Origin: Minisyncoccota bacterium
GTDB taxonomy: Bacteria; Patescibacteriota; Minisyncoccia; JAHIHE01; JAGLIN01
Length of the DNA: 64,000 nt
Direction of reading: 5' to 3'
Assembly (NCBI GenBank): GCA_041661265.1
Contig: JBAZUT010000001.1
Span: forward strand, 197,310-261,309
The position numbers were made by a program, and so were the translations under genes. The notes under the pieces were generated by a model. It searched no databases. It was given only the letters and a program-made list of their open reading frames with translations, and had not been told where the DNA came from. Shown here one piece after another: positions 9,318 to 17,736 of this stretch (positions are counted from its first letter, which is position 1; each line of letters opens with the position of its first letter).

Positions 9318-9554
9318 CTAGTACGCTATTCCCATGCTTTCCAGCTCATTCTTCGCCAAAATCAATTTTTTGGCAAGTTCTTTTCTATCCCTTTCGATCT
9401 CTTTCAGTTTTTCTTCTATCGCGTCTTTTTCTATTATCTTTTTATTTGTGCGAAGTATTCCGAGGATCTCCGGAAGCCTTTCTTTCCCGAAAAGATCCTC
9501 TATATCCCGTACATTCAAAGATAATAATTTTCCAAGACTGATGCAATTTGCCAT
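9318..9554 (-). CDS. hypothetical 78-aa coiled-coil protein downstream of leader/attenuator B
   Basis: GGAGGG SD; ATG start. Confidence 0.7.
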   Translation of the reverse strand: MANCISLGKLLSLNVRDIEDLFGKERLPEILGILRTNKKIIEKDAIEEKLKEIERDRKELAKKLILAKNELESMGIAY

Positions 9555-9573
9555 TATTTATCCCTCCTGTTTT

Positions 9574-9641
9574 AAAGCAGCCCATCTTTTCCCGATGGAC
9601 CGCTTTTATGTGTTTAAAATGTTTTTTAAATACACAAAAAC
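9574..9641 (-). promoter_or_regulatory. attenuator B: overlapping antiterminator (9602-9641) and terminator-like hairpin (9574-9607)
   Basis: GUUUUUGUGUAUUUAAAA/UUUUAAACACAUAAAAGC and AAAGCGGUCCAUC/GAUGGGCUGCUUU share AAAGC. Confidence 0.65.
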
Positions 9642-9700
9642 CGTCCATCCGGAACGGATGAGCTCAAACATGATGATAGGTTTTTGCGATCTAATGTCAT
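9626..9700 (-). CDS. putative leader peptide B, MTLDRKNLSSCLSSSVPDGRFLCI (24 aa)
   Basis: Translated by hand; ATG 9700, TAA 9628-9626; homologous to leader A. Confidence 0.7.
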   Translation of the reverse strand: MTLDRKNLSSCLSSSVPDGRFLCI

Positions 9701-9716
9701 TTTATTATTTATGGGA

Positions 9717-10112
9717 TCAAGTTATTTCAAAATTCAGTTTGCCGGTAAATTTGGTCGCCTTGATATCTCTGTCGTCTATATAGTGATAGTTCCCTCCCCT
9801 GGGCTTTCCGAAGATGACTTTATGGAATTTGAACCCATGCGCCTTGAGCCATTTTTCGGTTACCCGCCTGTGCTCTTCGGTCCTGGAAGTGAAAAACGTA
9901 ACTATATGACCCTCATTGAACCATTCATTGATCTTCTCTTTCGATCCCTCGATTTCCCCCGCCGACGGCATCCTTTCGGGCTGTTCATTCGGAATATCTT
10001 CGCAGACGACTCCGTCAATGTCTATTATAATATTACTAAAACCGTCTTTAAGCCGCGGACTTTTGTTTTTGTCGGGACTTACAAGCACATCCGTACGATC
10101 CTGCATCTTCAT
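9717..10112 (-). CDS. small capless HAD-superfamily phosphatase
   Basis: HAD motifs DIDG, TSR, KP and YIDD. Confidence 0.85.
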   Translation of the reverse strand: MKMQDRTDVLVSPDKNKSPRLKDGFSNIIIDIDGVVCEDIPNEQPERMPSAGEIEGSKEKINEWFNEGHIVTFFTSRTEEHRRVTEKWLKAHGFKFHKVIFGKPRGGNYHYIDDRDIKATKFTGKLNFEIT

Positions 10113-10129
10113 TATTATATGTTATTTTT

Positions 10130-10200
10130 AAAAAACAGCTCACCTTCTTTGTGAACCGCTTTTGCGTATCTTTTGATGTATGTCCTAGACACGCAAAAAC
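10130..10200 (-). promoter_or_regulatory. attenuator A: antiterminator (10158-10200) overlapping an intrinsic terminator (10130-10163)
   Basis: GUUUUUGCGUGUCU/AGAUACGCAAAAGC versus AAAAGCGGUUCAC/GUGAGCUGUUUUUU. Confidence 0.72.
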
Positions 10201-10262
10201 CGTCCAACTGATGATGAACTGGATGACGAAGACAATATTAGTTTTCTTTCAATAGGGCTCAT
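10185..10262 (-). CDS. putative leader peptide A, MSPIERKLILSSSSSSSSVGRFLRV (25 aa, 8 consecutive Ser)
   Basis: Translated by hand; Ser codons TCT TCG TCA TCC AGT TCA TCA TCA; stop lies inside the antiterminator 5' arm. Confidence 0.75.
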   Translation of the reverse strand: MSPIERKLILSSSSSSSSVGRFLRV

Positions 10263-10291
10263 GGCTGAATGTTATTATGCATCGCATTAAT

Positions 10292-10319
10292 ATTCTACAC
10301 TTTCTATTGATCATGTCAA
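10292..10319 (-). promoter_or_regulatory. sigma70 promoter for the leader A-HAD operon
   Basis: TTGACA-16 bp-TAGAAT on the minus strand. Confidence 0.7.
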
Positions 10320-10403
10320 GTGATTTTTTGGAATTAACACACAGCGCTTATATTACAAAAGACACCGCAATAAAGCGGTGTCTATCAATTTTCAAATTGG
10401 GTG

Positions 10404-10511
10404 CTACATGACGCTTGCAGAATATGCCACCACGCCATATAATGTCCCCGAAAGGACCATTATGGTTACGCTTAGCGCCATGTCCAGCATGGAATCAATG
10501 AATCTTTCCAT
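10404..10511 (-). CDS. unannotated 35-aa hydrophobic peptide MERFIDSMLDMALSVTIMVLSGTLYGVVAYSASVM
   Basis: Own promoter TTGATT-17-TATACT upstream and terminator GACACCGC/GCGGTGTC (10361-10382) downstream. Confidence 0.55.
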   Translation of the reverse strand: MERFIDSMLDMALSVTIMVLSGTLYGVVAYSASVM

Positions 10512-10634
10512 ATTATTTGCTTAATTAATTAAGCATACAATAGATTGTATGCTCACCCGTGCAATAAGTATAGCACACTTTCATACATAAATCAATAGCC
10601 CATTAAGCTGATTCTAAGCTGATTCTTGCAGCAG

Positions 10635-10663
10635 TTGACATTATGATGTTTTTGTGCTATAAT
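10635..10663 (+). promoter_or_regulatory. sigma70 promoter with extended -10
   Basis: TTGACA-17 bp-TATAAT with TG. Confidence 0.85.
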
Positions 10664-10703
10664 CAAACATCAAACAAAAATACTTTTAGGAGGTAAGAAT
10701 TAA

Positions 10704-11720
10704 ATGACTGCAGTAGAAACCATTCAGGCTGTATTGGAGGGTGGCGGAAACCTCCTCTACAATTATGCATGTTTCCGAATATTGCGAACCCCTTTGGTCT
10801 ACAATATCGAGATAACCGGCGATTGTCCGCTGGATTGCGAACATTGCTATTTCCACAGGGAATGGAACTGTGGAAAAAATAGAGACCTCGAGGACGAATA
10901 TTGGATGAAAGTCGTCAACGAGAATAGCGACAAACCTTTTGTTTTCACAGGAGGAGAGCCGGCGCTTCGCATGTCGCTCGTAAAAAAAGCTTTTGGAGTT
11001 CTTGGAAGAAGGTTGATATTGATCAGCAACGGAACCATAAAATTCCCGCTGGCGATTGAAACCAGGGTCTTCATAAGCCTTGATGCAGCCACAGAAGAGC
11101 TGCATGACAGTATAAGAAGAAAACCCGGCACATTTAAAAAGATCCTCAAAAACATCAGAGGAGATAAGCGAGTGATACTGGCTCCGACGATCTCAATGAC
11201 GAATTACAAAGAGATCGAGAAGCTGGTCCAACTGGCCCGCGAACTGGGAGTTTATGGCATAACTTTCAGCCTTTATACTCCTGAGAAGAAAAAACATCCC
11301 GCCGATCCGGATGATCAGCTGACACTTCAAGGCAAAGAACTTCTTGAAACAGCGGGAATGCTGAGAAAAGTTCTTCGGGAGAACCCTGATATTGTCTTTT
11401 TGACAGAAGGGATGATCGACCTGTTCGTCACAAAGGAGCATGTTCCGAACTGCAGCCTGAAAGCCAGTCCGGAAAAACCCGGATGGGTCAGATCGCGGAA
11501 TCCCGCGGATATGGATAAATATCCTTGCGTTATCGGAGGAAATGTAGACTGCGAGAAATGCGGCTGCAACATTCCGATAAACATGGCTGATCTGAAAGAC
11601 CAGGCATGGAGGATGCTGACCTTCAGAAAGAACGATGCCAAAAACATCGTAAGAGTGGCAAAAATGTTCACTCTCCAGAAGGAATATATCTCTCCATCAG
11701 ACGAAACAGATCCTGCTTAA
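10704..11720 (+). CDS. radical SAM protein with a C-terminal Cys-rich (twitch/SPASM-like) region
   Basis: CPLDCEHC (CxxxCxxC), TGGEP, ISLD, C-terminal CVIGGNVDCEKCGC. Confidence 0.88.
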   Translation: MTAVETIQAVLEGGGNLLYNYACFRILRTPLVYNIEITGDCPLDCEHCYFHREWNCGKNRDLEDEYWMKVVNENSDKPFVFTGGEPALRMSLVKKAFGVLGRRLILISNGTIKFPLAIETRVFISLDAATEELHDSIRRKPGTFKKILKNIRGDKRVILAPTISMTNYKEIEKLVQLARELGVYGITFSLYTPEKKKHPADPDDQLTLQGKELLETAGMLRKVLRENPDIVFLTEGMIDLFVTKEHVPNCSLKASPEKPGWVRSRNPADMDKYPCVIGGNVDCEKCGCNIPINMADLKDQAWRMLTFRKNDAKNIVRVAKMFTLQKEYISPSDETDPA

Positions 11721-11755
11721 CAGCGGGATCCTTTTTATTTATGAAATATCGGCAT

Positions 11756-12340
11756 CTAATTTTTTATTTCTTCCCTTATTGACTTAGCGAGAAACCCAAA
11801 CTCGACATAACCTGAATCCCTGTTAATATGACCCGCATTCCGGAGAACTGCCGGCTCAACGTTCAGATCTCTTGCGAGGTCTATCCCCTTTTGGACCGGA
11901 ACATATGGATCATTGTCTGAATTGATGACATAGAAATGCATGCAGTTGCGCTTTATTTTGTTCCAATCAAAAGCCTTCACCGTAAAAGTTCTATTCAGTA
12001 CGTCAAAGTCGGGATTATCGAGAAGTCCCGTAAAGCCCGCAACAAAATATGCGGCTCTGACCGGATGATCGATCCTTTCTAGCACTGAAAGCAGGAACGC
12101 GGTTCCAAGGCTATGCCCGACAATAATGGCATCCTTGTTCAGATATCGTTCATATTCGTTGAAAATTTCCAGCCACTTTTCAAGAGACTGGCCCAGGGGC
12201 GTCGGAAATCTCGGGACAAAAACCTGGCACCCATATCCTTCAAGTTCCGACTTGAGCCATGGAAACCAATTACCTTCGGGGCTTCCCCCTGTACCGTGAA
12301 CTATGACAACATTCGCCATCGATAAAAGATTAATTTGCAT
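11756..12340 (-). CDS. RBBP9/YdeN family alpha/beta hydrolase
   Basis: IVHG..G....NWFPWL, GHSLG, SDNDPYV, AGHIN. Confidence 0.9.
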   Translation of the reverse strand: MQINLLSMANVVIVHGTGGSPEGNWFPWLKSELEGYGCQVFVPRFPTPLGQSLEKWLEIFNEYERYLNKDAIIVGHSLGTAFLLSVLERIDHPVRAAYFVAGFTGLLDNPDFDVLNRTFTVKAFDWNKIKRNCMHFYVINSDNDPYVPVQKGIDLARDLNVEPAVLRNAGHINRDSGYVEFGFLAKSIREEIKN

Positions 12341-12452
12341 TATATGATAATTCTATAATCAAGGGACCGAACGGTCAAACTTTGTGCGGAACTCCGAAAT
12401 TCAACGCGCACAAAAACATGTCCCGGGCATCCGAATAAGAAAAAAAGCGCTT

Positions 12453-12776
12453 TTATTCTTGCGCTTCGATCATCTTTGGAAAATATTTTTTCAATATAGC
12501 ATACACAATAATGGCTATTAGCGATAACAGGTAGAAGCTCCTTGAGAGCTGGGATCCCTTTATCGCGAACAGGATCACCGACAATATCGCAAGCAGCAGG
12601 CACAGGTCTTTCAGAACCGCCGACATCTTTCTTTTTAAATCGTCTTCGGCAGGCAACATCATTATAAAAACGATGATTATGATAAAATAAACCGTCTCTA
12701 ATATTGCCGCGACCTGCTGCATGTCTACCGTATTCGGGATGCTATATGCCAAATCCATTAATTGCGAAAGGTCCAT
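12453..12776 (-). CDS. small membrane protein
   Basis: Three hydrophobic helices; GGAGG SD. Confidence 0.7.
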   Translation of the reverse strand: MDLSQLMDLAYSIPNTVDMQQVAAILETVYFIIIIVFIMMLPAEDDLKRKMSAVLKDLCLLLAILSVILFAIKGSQLSRSFYLLSLIAIIVYAILKKYFPKMIEAQE

Positions 12777-12853
12777 ATGTCAAACCTCCTTAAGACCAAG
12801 ATCGATTATAGTCCCCTGTCGGATATTGTCAATCACGGAGATTTTCTCCGGAT

Positions 12854-13381
12854 CTAATACAGATCAGCGTTTTTGAAAGGTATGAGCGCAAGAACCACCG
12901 CTTCCGAATAATATTTCGTCCTGTCTATCGCATTTCCGGTCAATATGCCTACAGCTCCGTTCTGCTGTTTGGAATTATTCCTTTTGAAAACAATGTCATC
13001 CGCCTCCCCCAATTCTCTTCCTTCTTTGATAAGTTTCACAACTTCTTTCGGCAGAAAAAAAGTTCCCGTCCTGGATTTTCCATATTTTTTTGACGACCTT
13101 ATAACCACCCACGCGAAAGCTTCCATCTCTTTGCCGACCGGTTCGATCCCGCCCTCAATGCCGACATAGAGATCCGCAGACCTATCCTCGGCGAATGCAT
13201 TATCAACTCTGTTTGTTGCGCCCCTCAGAGTTTCCTCATTATCAAACGGCTGATCCTTGACCCCGGAAGGAACCGAGACTCCGACAAACTCGAACTTCTC
13301 GCCGATAAACATTTTTTCAAATCCCTGCCTTACCGCTTCGATCTTAACCGGATTTTTCGAAGCAATGACAACTTTTTTCAT
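12854..13381 (-). CDS. yjjX: inosine/xanthosine triphosphatase
   Basis: ASKNPVKI, SGVKDQP, GIEGG, ELGEADD, KQQNGAVGILT. Confidence 0.9.
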   Translation of the reverse strand: MKKVVIASKNPVKIEAVRQGFEKMFIGEKFEFVGVSVPSGVKDQPFDNEETLRGATNRVDNAFAEDRSADLYVGIEGGIEPVGKEMEAFAWVVIRSSKKYGKSRTGTFFLPKEVVKLIKEGRELGEADDIVFKRNNSKQQNGAVGILTGNAIDRTKYYSEAVVLALIPFKNADLY

Positions 13382-13449
13382 GATCTTTTTATTATAATGA
13401 TTAAATGCGCCCGGAAAGCCAAGTTACATGCGATCCATTGAAAATATTA

Positions 13450-13932
13450 TTAAATTCTCATTGAGAAAACCAATGAGTCTTTCTTCGCCCAGTTATTTTT
13501 AATATATCCGCACTTCTTAAAGCCTTTTTTGAGATGAAATCCTATCGAGGCTTCATTGTCGATATCGCAATCGCTCATGATCTCCCTTATCCCCTGTTTT
13601 TTCGCGATCTTTTTCATGTTTTCAAATAACCGCGAGGCCAGACCCGTCCTCCGGCATTTCTTCTTTACGAATATATCTTGAAGATGGATCTTGTTCCAGA
13701 GTCGTCCCCAGACGCAATATGCGACCACCCGGCCGCCGGAAACCGCGATAAGGGATCTTTTCTCCTTAATGCATTCTTTTATGTGCATTTCGCCTGATGT
13801 CATGTTCCTGCTCCACCATTCGGGCCATGACTCCATGCTTAATTTGACGCAGGTTTCAGCGTCTCTTTCTTCGGCTATTTTGATCCTATATGGCGTTAAA
13901 CTGTTTTTCATGGTTCCGAGCTTATTGATCAT
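13450..13932 (-). CDS. GNAT family N-acetyltransferase
   Basis: IFVKKKCRRTGLAS motif A; NEASIGFHLKKGF. Confidence 0.85.
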   Translation of the reverse strand: MINKLGTMKNSLTPYRIKIAEERDAETCVKLSMESWPEWWSRNMTSGEMHIKECIKEKRSLIAVSGGRVVAYCVWGRLWNKIHLQDIFVKKKCRRTGLASRLFENMKKIAKKQGIREIMSDCDIDNEASIGFHLKKGFKKCGYIKNNWAKKDSLVFSMRI

Positions 13933-14014
13933 ATTATAGCAAAAAACCGCCTGGTTAAAAAGCGGTTTTTCGTGTGAGTAAACTTGCTATTTCTAAGCTT
14001 TCCAATAATTTCAT

Positions 14015-14929
14015 CTACATGACATAGCGGCCCCCTGCCCGTTCTCCGCTTCTTGACGCCCTTGGCTGATCTCTTTCTTCATCGCCATATTCATCTTCCT
14101 GATCATCTTGCTCATCCTCTTTTTCTTCTTCCATATATTCGCTGTCATCTTCATCGTCATTGTCTTCATTGTTTCCGAATATTTCTTCACAGCGTTTTTT
14201 CAACAGGTCCGTATCAGATACTGCCTGCGGACCGGGAGAAACGGCAGGGACCGGCAATGGCTGGTTCTCCTTGACTGTGACCGAGGCAGTCGATCTGGTC
14301 TGTTCGCTTGAAGCTGTGATCAATACAGATCCCGGGCTTTGCGCATGGAATGATCCGCCGTCATCGATATTCCCGACGCTGGCATCAGAGCTGGAATATG
14401 TAATCACAACTCCCGCCATCGGCTTATTGTTCTGATCATAGGCTGTGGCCCTGAACAACTCAGTATCTCCTGCTTTCATTTCGACTATCGCCGGCGAAAT
14501 AATGATCTTTGTTAGGACCGGGGATATTTCGGGAGGCGGGGGCGGTTGTGGGGCCGGACTTGGAGGAGGAGGCGGAACGACTCCGATATCCCCTATATAA
14601 TATGCACTCAGGGCGGCAAGATCGCTCCCCGGGTGGGGCTTACCCGAAAAAGCCGCCGTAGCGTCTTTTCCGCAATATGGGGTGATAGCGGAAGCCCCAC
14701 CTGAATGCCGGCTCAGAAAATTAGTGACATTATAAACTTTATTGTTAATGGCGAGCCAGCAGTCGCCGGGAGCGTTATGCTTTGCCATATTTGCAGGATC
14801 TATAGTTTGCGCATTTATCCGCCTGGCACTTCCAATATCCAGCATCGGATATACCAGAAGGAGGGATCCTAAAGTTAAAATGCCTAAAGCCATCCTTCTT
14901 AGTCTTGTTTTTTTTTCCATAATATTCAT
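14015..14929 (-). CDS. cytochrome b5-like heme/steroid-binding domain + Pro linker + Ig-like (Big_2) domain + acidic tail
   Basis: HNAPGDCWLAINNKVYNVT..HSGG...CGKDAT..F...H; N-terminal TM/signal. Confidence 0.85.
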   Translation of the reverse strand: MNIMEKKTRLRRMALGILTLGSLLLVYPMLDIGSARRINAQTIDPANMAKHNAPGDCWLAINNKVYNVTNFLSRHSGGASAITPYCGKDATAAFSGKPHPGSDLAALSAYYIGDIGVVPPPPPSPAPQPPPPPEISPVLTKIIISPAIVEMKAGDTELFRATAYDQNNKPMAGVVITYSSSDASVGNIDDGGSFHAQSPGSVLITASSEQTRSTASVTVKENQPLPVPAVSPGPQAVSDTDLLKKRCEEIFGNNEDNDDEDDSEYMEEEKEDEQDDQEDEYGDEERDQPRASRSGERAGGRYVM

Positions 14930-15148
14930 GTTAGTGATAAACTTCGCGCGATCTTATAAAATTTTATCGATCGTTTACCTGCCCACCAAAGCAAAGACGC
15001 ATCGTTTAAAAAATAATTACAAAAAAGATCCATGTAATGAAACATGAATCCGGACAAATAAAAAGGTATTTATAGGAACTGAGAATGTCAGATGATAATT
15101 CCGGCAATACAGTTATTCTCGATCAATCCGCAGATGATCCACAGGGCC

Positions 15149-15886
15149 TTATAACAAAACAATTTCTTTTTGCGGATCCGTAGTTAGAACAATTTCGTTA
15201 TTATCCGAAATAAAAAAGTCTATTTCGCTTCTTATACCGAATTTATCCTTAAGATAGATCCCCGGCTCAATAGTATATGCCAGATTTTTTACCAGCCTTC
15301 GCTTATTTCTTTTATAGATCCAATTCGGCTTGGGACCATGATCCTCCCGTGTTCCGATCGAATGTCCGAGTTCATGCAAGATGTTCTTTTCATATCCCCC
15401 CTCTTTGATTATCCCGAAACCAACCGATTCTATGTCGTTTCCGGTGGGAATTTCATTGTTTTTCAACCGATCAACAATATAGCCCAGGGAACTGTCCCTG
15501 GAGTCTATCACAATATCGAATACCTTTTTAATTTCCGTGGGGACTTTTTTACCGCTAAAGGCGACCCAGGTTATATCCGCAAAAGGAGCACCCTCCGTCC
15601 CCATCCTTGCCCAAAGATCAATGAGAACAAGGGTGTTGTCTTTCAGTTTTTCAGAAATTTTTTTGGGATAATATAATGGAATTGCGGAATTTTTATTAAA
15701 TGCCACTATGGGCGGATATTTATCGGTTTCCAGACCGTACTCATTATATTTCCCGATTATGAATTGCTGCGTCTCATGCTCGGAAATGGATCTATCTCTT
15801 CTGAGAAGATCAAACGTCAGATCTTTTATTTTGATAAGCGATCTCGCCGCTTTTTTATGATATTCTATTTGTTGTTTTGTCCACAT
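15149..15886 (-). CDS. M24 family metallopeptidase (catalytic domain only)
   Basis: LIDLW, ADITW, HELGHSIG, TIEPGIY, GIRSE. Confidence 0.88.
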   Translation of the reverse strand: MWTKQQIEYHKKAARSLIKIKDLTFDLLRRDRSISEHETQQFIIGKYNEYGLETDKYPPIVAFNKNSAIPLYYPKKISEKLKDNTLVLIDLWARMGTEGAPFADITWVAFSGKKVPTEIKKVFDIVIDSRDSSLGYIVDRLKNNEIPTGNDIESVGFGIIKEGGYEKNILHELGHSIGTREDHGPKPNWIYKRNKRRLVKNLAYTIEPGIYLKDKFGIRSEIDFFISDNNEIVLTTDPQKEIVLL

Positions 15887-15939
15887 AGAATTGATCTATT
15901 GAAGCTGCATAAATGAATTATAGGACTGCCCGACTGATA

Positions 15940-16269
15940 TTATTTCGAAAAATTCTTATAGACCCTGACGATGAACACTGAGGCGATGCCCCAAAGAAGC
16001 GGAAGCCATATGGGTATATTGAAAACATCCGGGTTCTCATAGGTCCACGCCCCAAGGCTTATCGCAATATATTCGGCGATCGAGCCGAAGATCGAACAGA
16101 GAAGAAAAGTTTTCACCTCTTCTTTTGATCTTTCGATCGAGAGCATCAGCACTGCCATAACAAGCAAAACCGCAAATACCATTAAACTGCTCCTCCACAT
16201 CACTGCGACGCTCGTCAGAGAGATCACCGCAAAAATATTCGTAAGCCTGTATCTGTTTTTTCCGGACAT
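15940..16269 (-). CDS. membrane protein
   Basis: Four TM segments; GAWTY..P...IPIWLPLLWG. Confidence 0.75.
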   Translation of the reverse strand: MSGKNRYRLTNIFAVISLTSVAVMWRSSLMVFAVLLVMAVLMLSIERSKEEVKTFLLCSIFGSIAEYIAISLGAWTYENPDVFNIPIWLPLLWGIASVFIVRVYKNFSK

Positions 16270-16312
16270 ATTATTGATATTTATTTGTTATTATTCATTA
16301 ATATTTCAGCAT

Positions 16313-17083
16313 CTATCGTTCGCGCAAACCATTAGACTTTCGCATAGATTTTTCCGGCCTATTCACATCATATGCTGAATACGCCCAGAATAAAAGCGTT
16401 GGAATGAATGCAAGGGGTGTTATAAAAAATAAATAGAAATCAATTGCCCAAACAAGAGATCCCATAAAAAGAAAAATTGCTCCGCGCCTGCGCTTTCCGA
16501 CAGCAAAATGACCGGTGCCCGGTATGCCCATAGACATTGCAAGCGGAATTATTTTTTCCAGACCGTTTTTTTCATCCAGAAGCGATTTATAGATATAATA
16601 ACCGGAAACCAGCACGACTCCGGCCCACATCATTAAAATGGATATTAGGAATGAAACAAGCAATATGGGCGGCCATCCGGTCTGTGACAAAACGTAAGCA
16701 AAAATAAAATAATCATACTTCGGGGTCGTCGGATAAAATATAGTCCATCCTGCATAAAGACAGAGCGCAATGAACCAATTGGCTATCCTTAGTCTTTTCG
16801 CAATTACCGAATTTTTATATGCCCACAAAAAACTTAGTGCCACTATGACGGGCTGGGCAAAGATCCAAATTTGTCCGCGAAAATCAATATTGAAAAGTAT
16901 CCAGGGGATGTCCCCCCACACATGTCCGTCATTCGTGAGGAGCTCGCTTATTCCCGTCTCGATCGCCCATCCGGAAAGATCGGCCTGATCGATCTCGGCT
17001 CCGCCGAACACCGGATAAAAGATAAAAAAAAGTACGATGATCCTCGCAAAATCCCAATAAAAAAGTTTCTTTTTGTTTTCCAT
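16313..17083 (-). CDS. polytopic membrane protein
   Basis: Multiple TM helices; C-terminal IPGTGHFAVGK motif (TM2-like). Confidence 0.75.
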   Translation of the reverse strand: MENKKKLFYWDFARIIVLFFIFYPVFGGAEIDQADLSGWAIETGISELLTNDGHVWGDIPWILFNIDFRGQIWIFAQPVIVALSFLWAYKNSVIAKRLRIANWFIALCLYAGWTIFYPTTPKYDYFIFAYVLSQTGWPPILLVSFLISILMMWAGVVLVSGYYIYKSLLDEKNGLEKIIPLAMSMGIPGTGHFAVGKRRRGAIFLFMGSLVWAIDFYLFFITPLAFIPTLLFWAYSAYDVNRPEKSMRKSNGLRER

Positions 17084-17097
17084 AAATAATTCTGACT

Positions 17098-17736
17098 CTA
17101 AATAACCGACGCCTTCACTTGATCTATACCATTATATAAAAATGCCCGAATTCCAAATCTTGACGCAACATCGATGTTATTTTGGATATCGTCGAAATAT
17201 ACGACCTCATCAAGCTTCAGTTCCGGGAATTCCTTTTTCAGTTCCGCCGCCACCTGATCCCAGAATTCTTCATGGCATTTCCGAAATCCGATGCGACATG
17301 AGATAAAATGACCGTCAAAGATATCCCCGAAGCCCATCTCCCTCAAAAGAAATTCCGCCCTGTTTGCCATCTGATCAGTGCATAAATAGCACTTCACTCC
17401 CCCGCCCCGGAGTTCTGCCACCAGAGAAACCAGATCCTTGTCCAGATATTTCCTCTCGAAATCGAACTGCCGCTCAAAATAATCCCCGGCCGATCCGGTC
17501 CATCCGAATTTTTCAAGATATGGCATAATGCATATTTGCGCATCAGCCTTCCCCTCTGAACATTGCCGGCTGTCCTCTCCCTGATAGAATGCATTCAGAC
17601 TCTCTTGAGCATCCTCATATCCCTGCCTCTGCAATTCTTTACTGAAATAGTGAGGGAGATTTATCAAAACTCCATCGACATCGAATAGTACGACCTTGGT
17701 TCCATTCATAATGTTTTTTGCAGAAGATTTGATCAT
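17098..17736 (-). CDS. HAD family hydrolase
   Basis: LFDVDGVL, IGFRK, YFDD..NI; start overlaps the upstream stop (ATGA). Confidence 0.85.
   Translation of the reverse strand: MIKSSAKNIMNGTKVVLFDVDGVLINLPHYFSKELQRQGYEDAQESLNAFYQGEDSRQCSEGKADAQICIMPYLEKFGWTGSAGDYFERQFDFERKYLDKDLVSLVAELRGGGVKCYLCTDQMANRAEFLLREMGFGDIFDGHFISCRIGFRKCHEEFWDQVAAELKKEFPELKLDEVVYFDDIQNNIDVASRFGIRAFLYNGIDQVKASVI

Noticed and set aside
9626-10262. Leader peptides as T-box or known riboswitch elements
   Set aside because: No T-box GGTGGNACC antiterminator motif or recognisable aptamer consensus; uORF-coupled attenuation fits better
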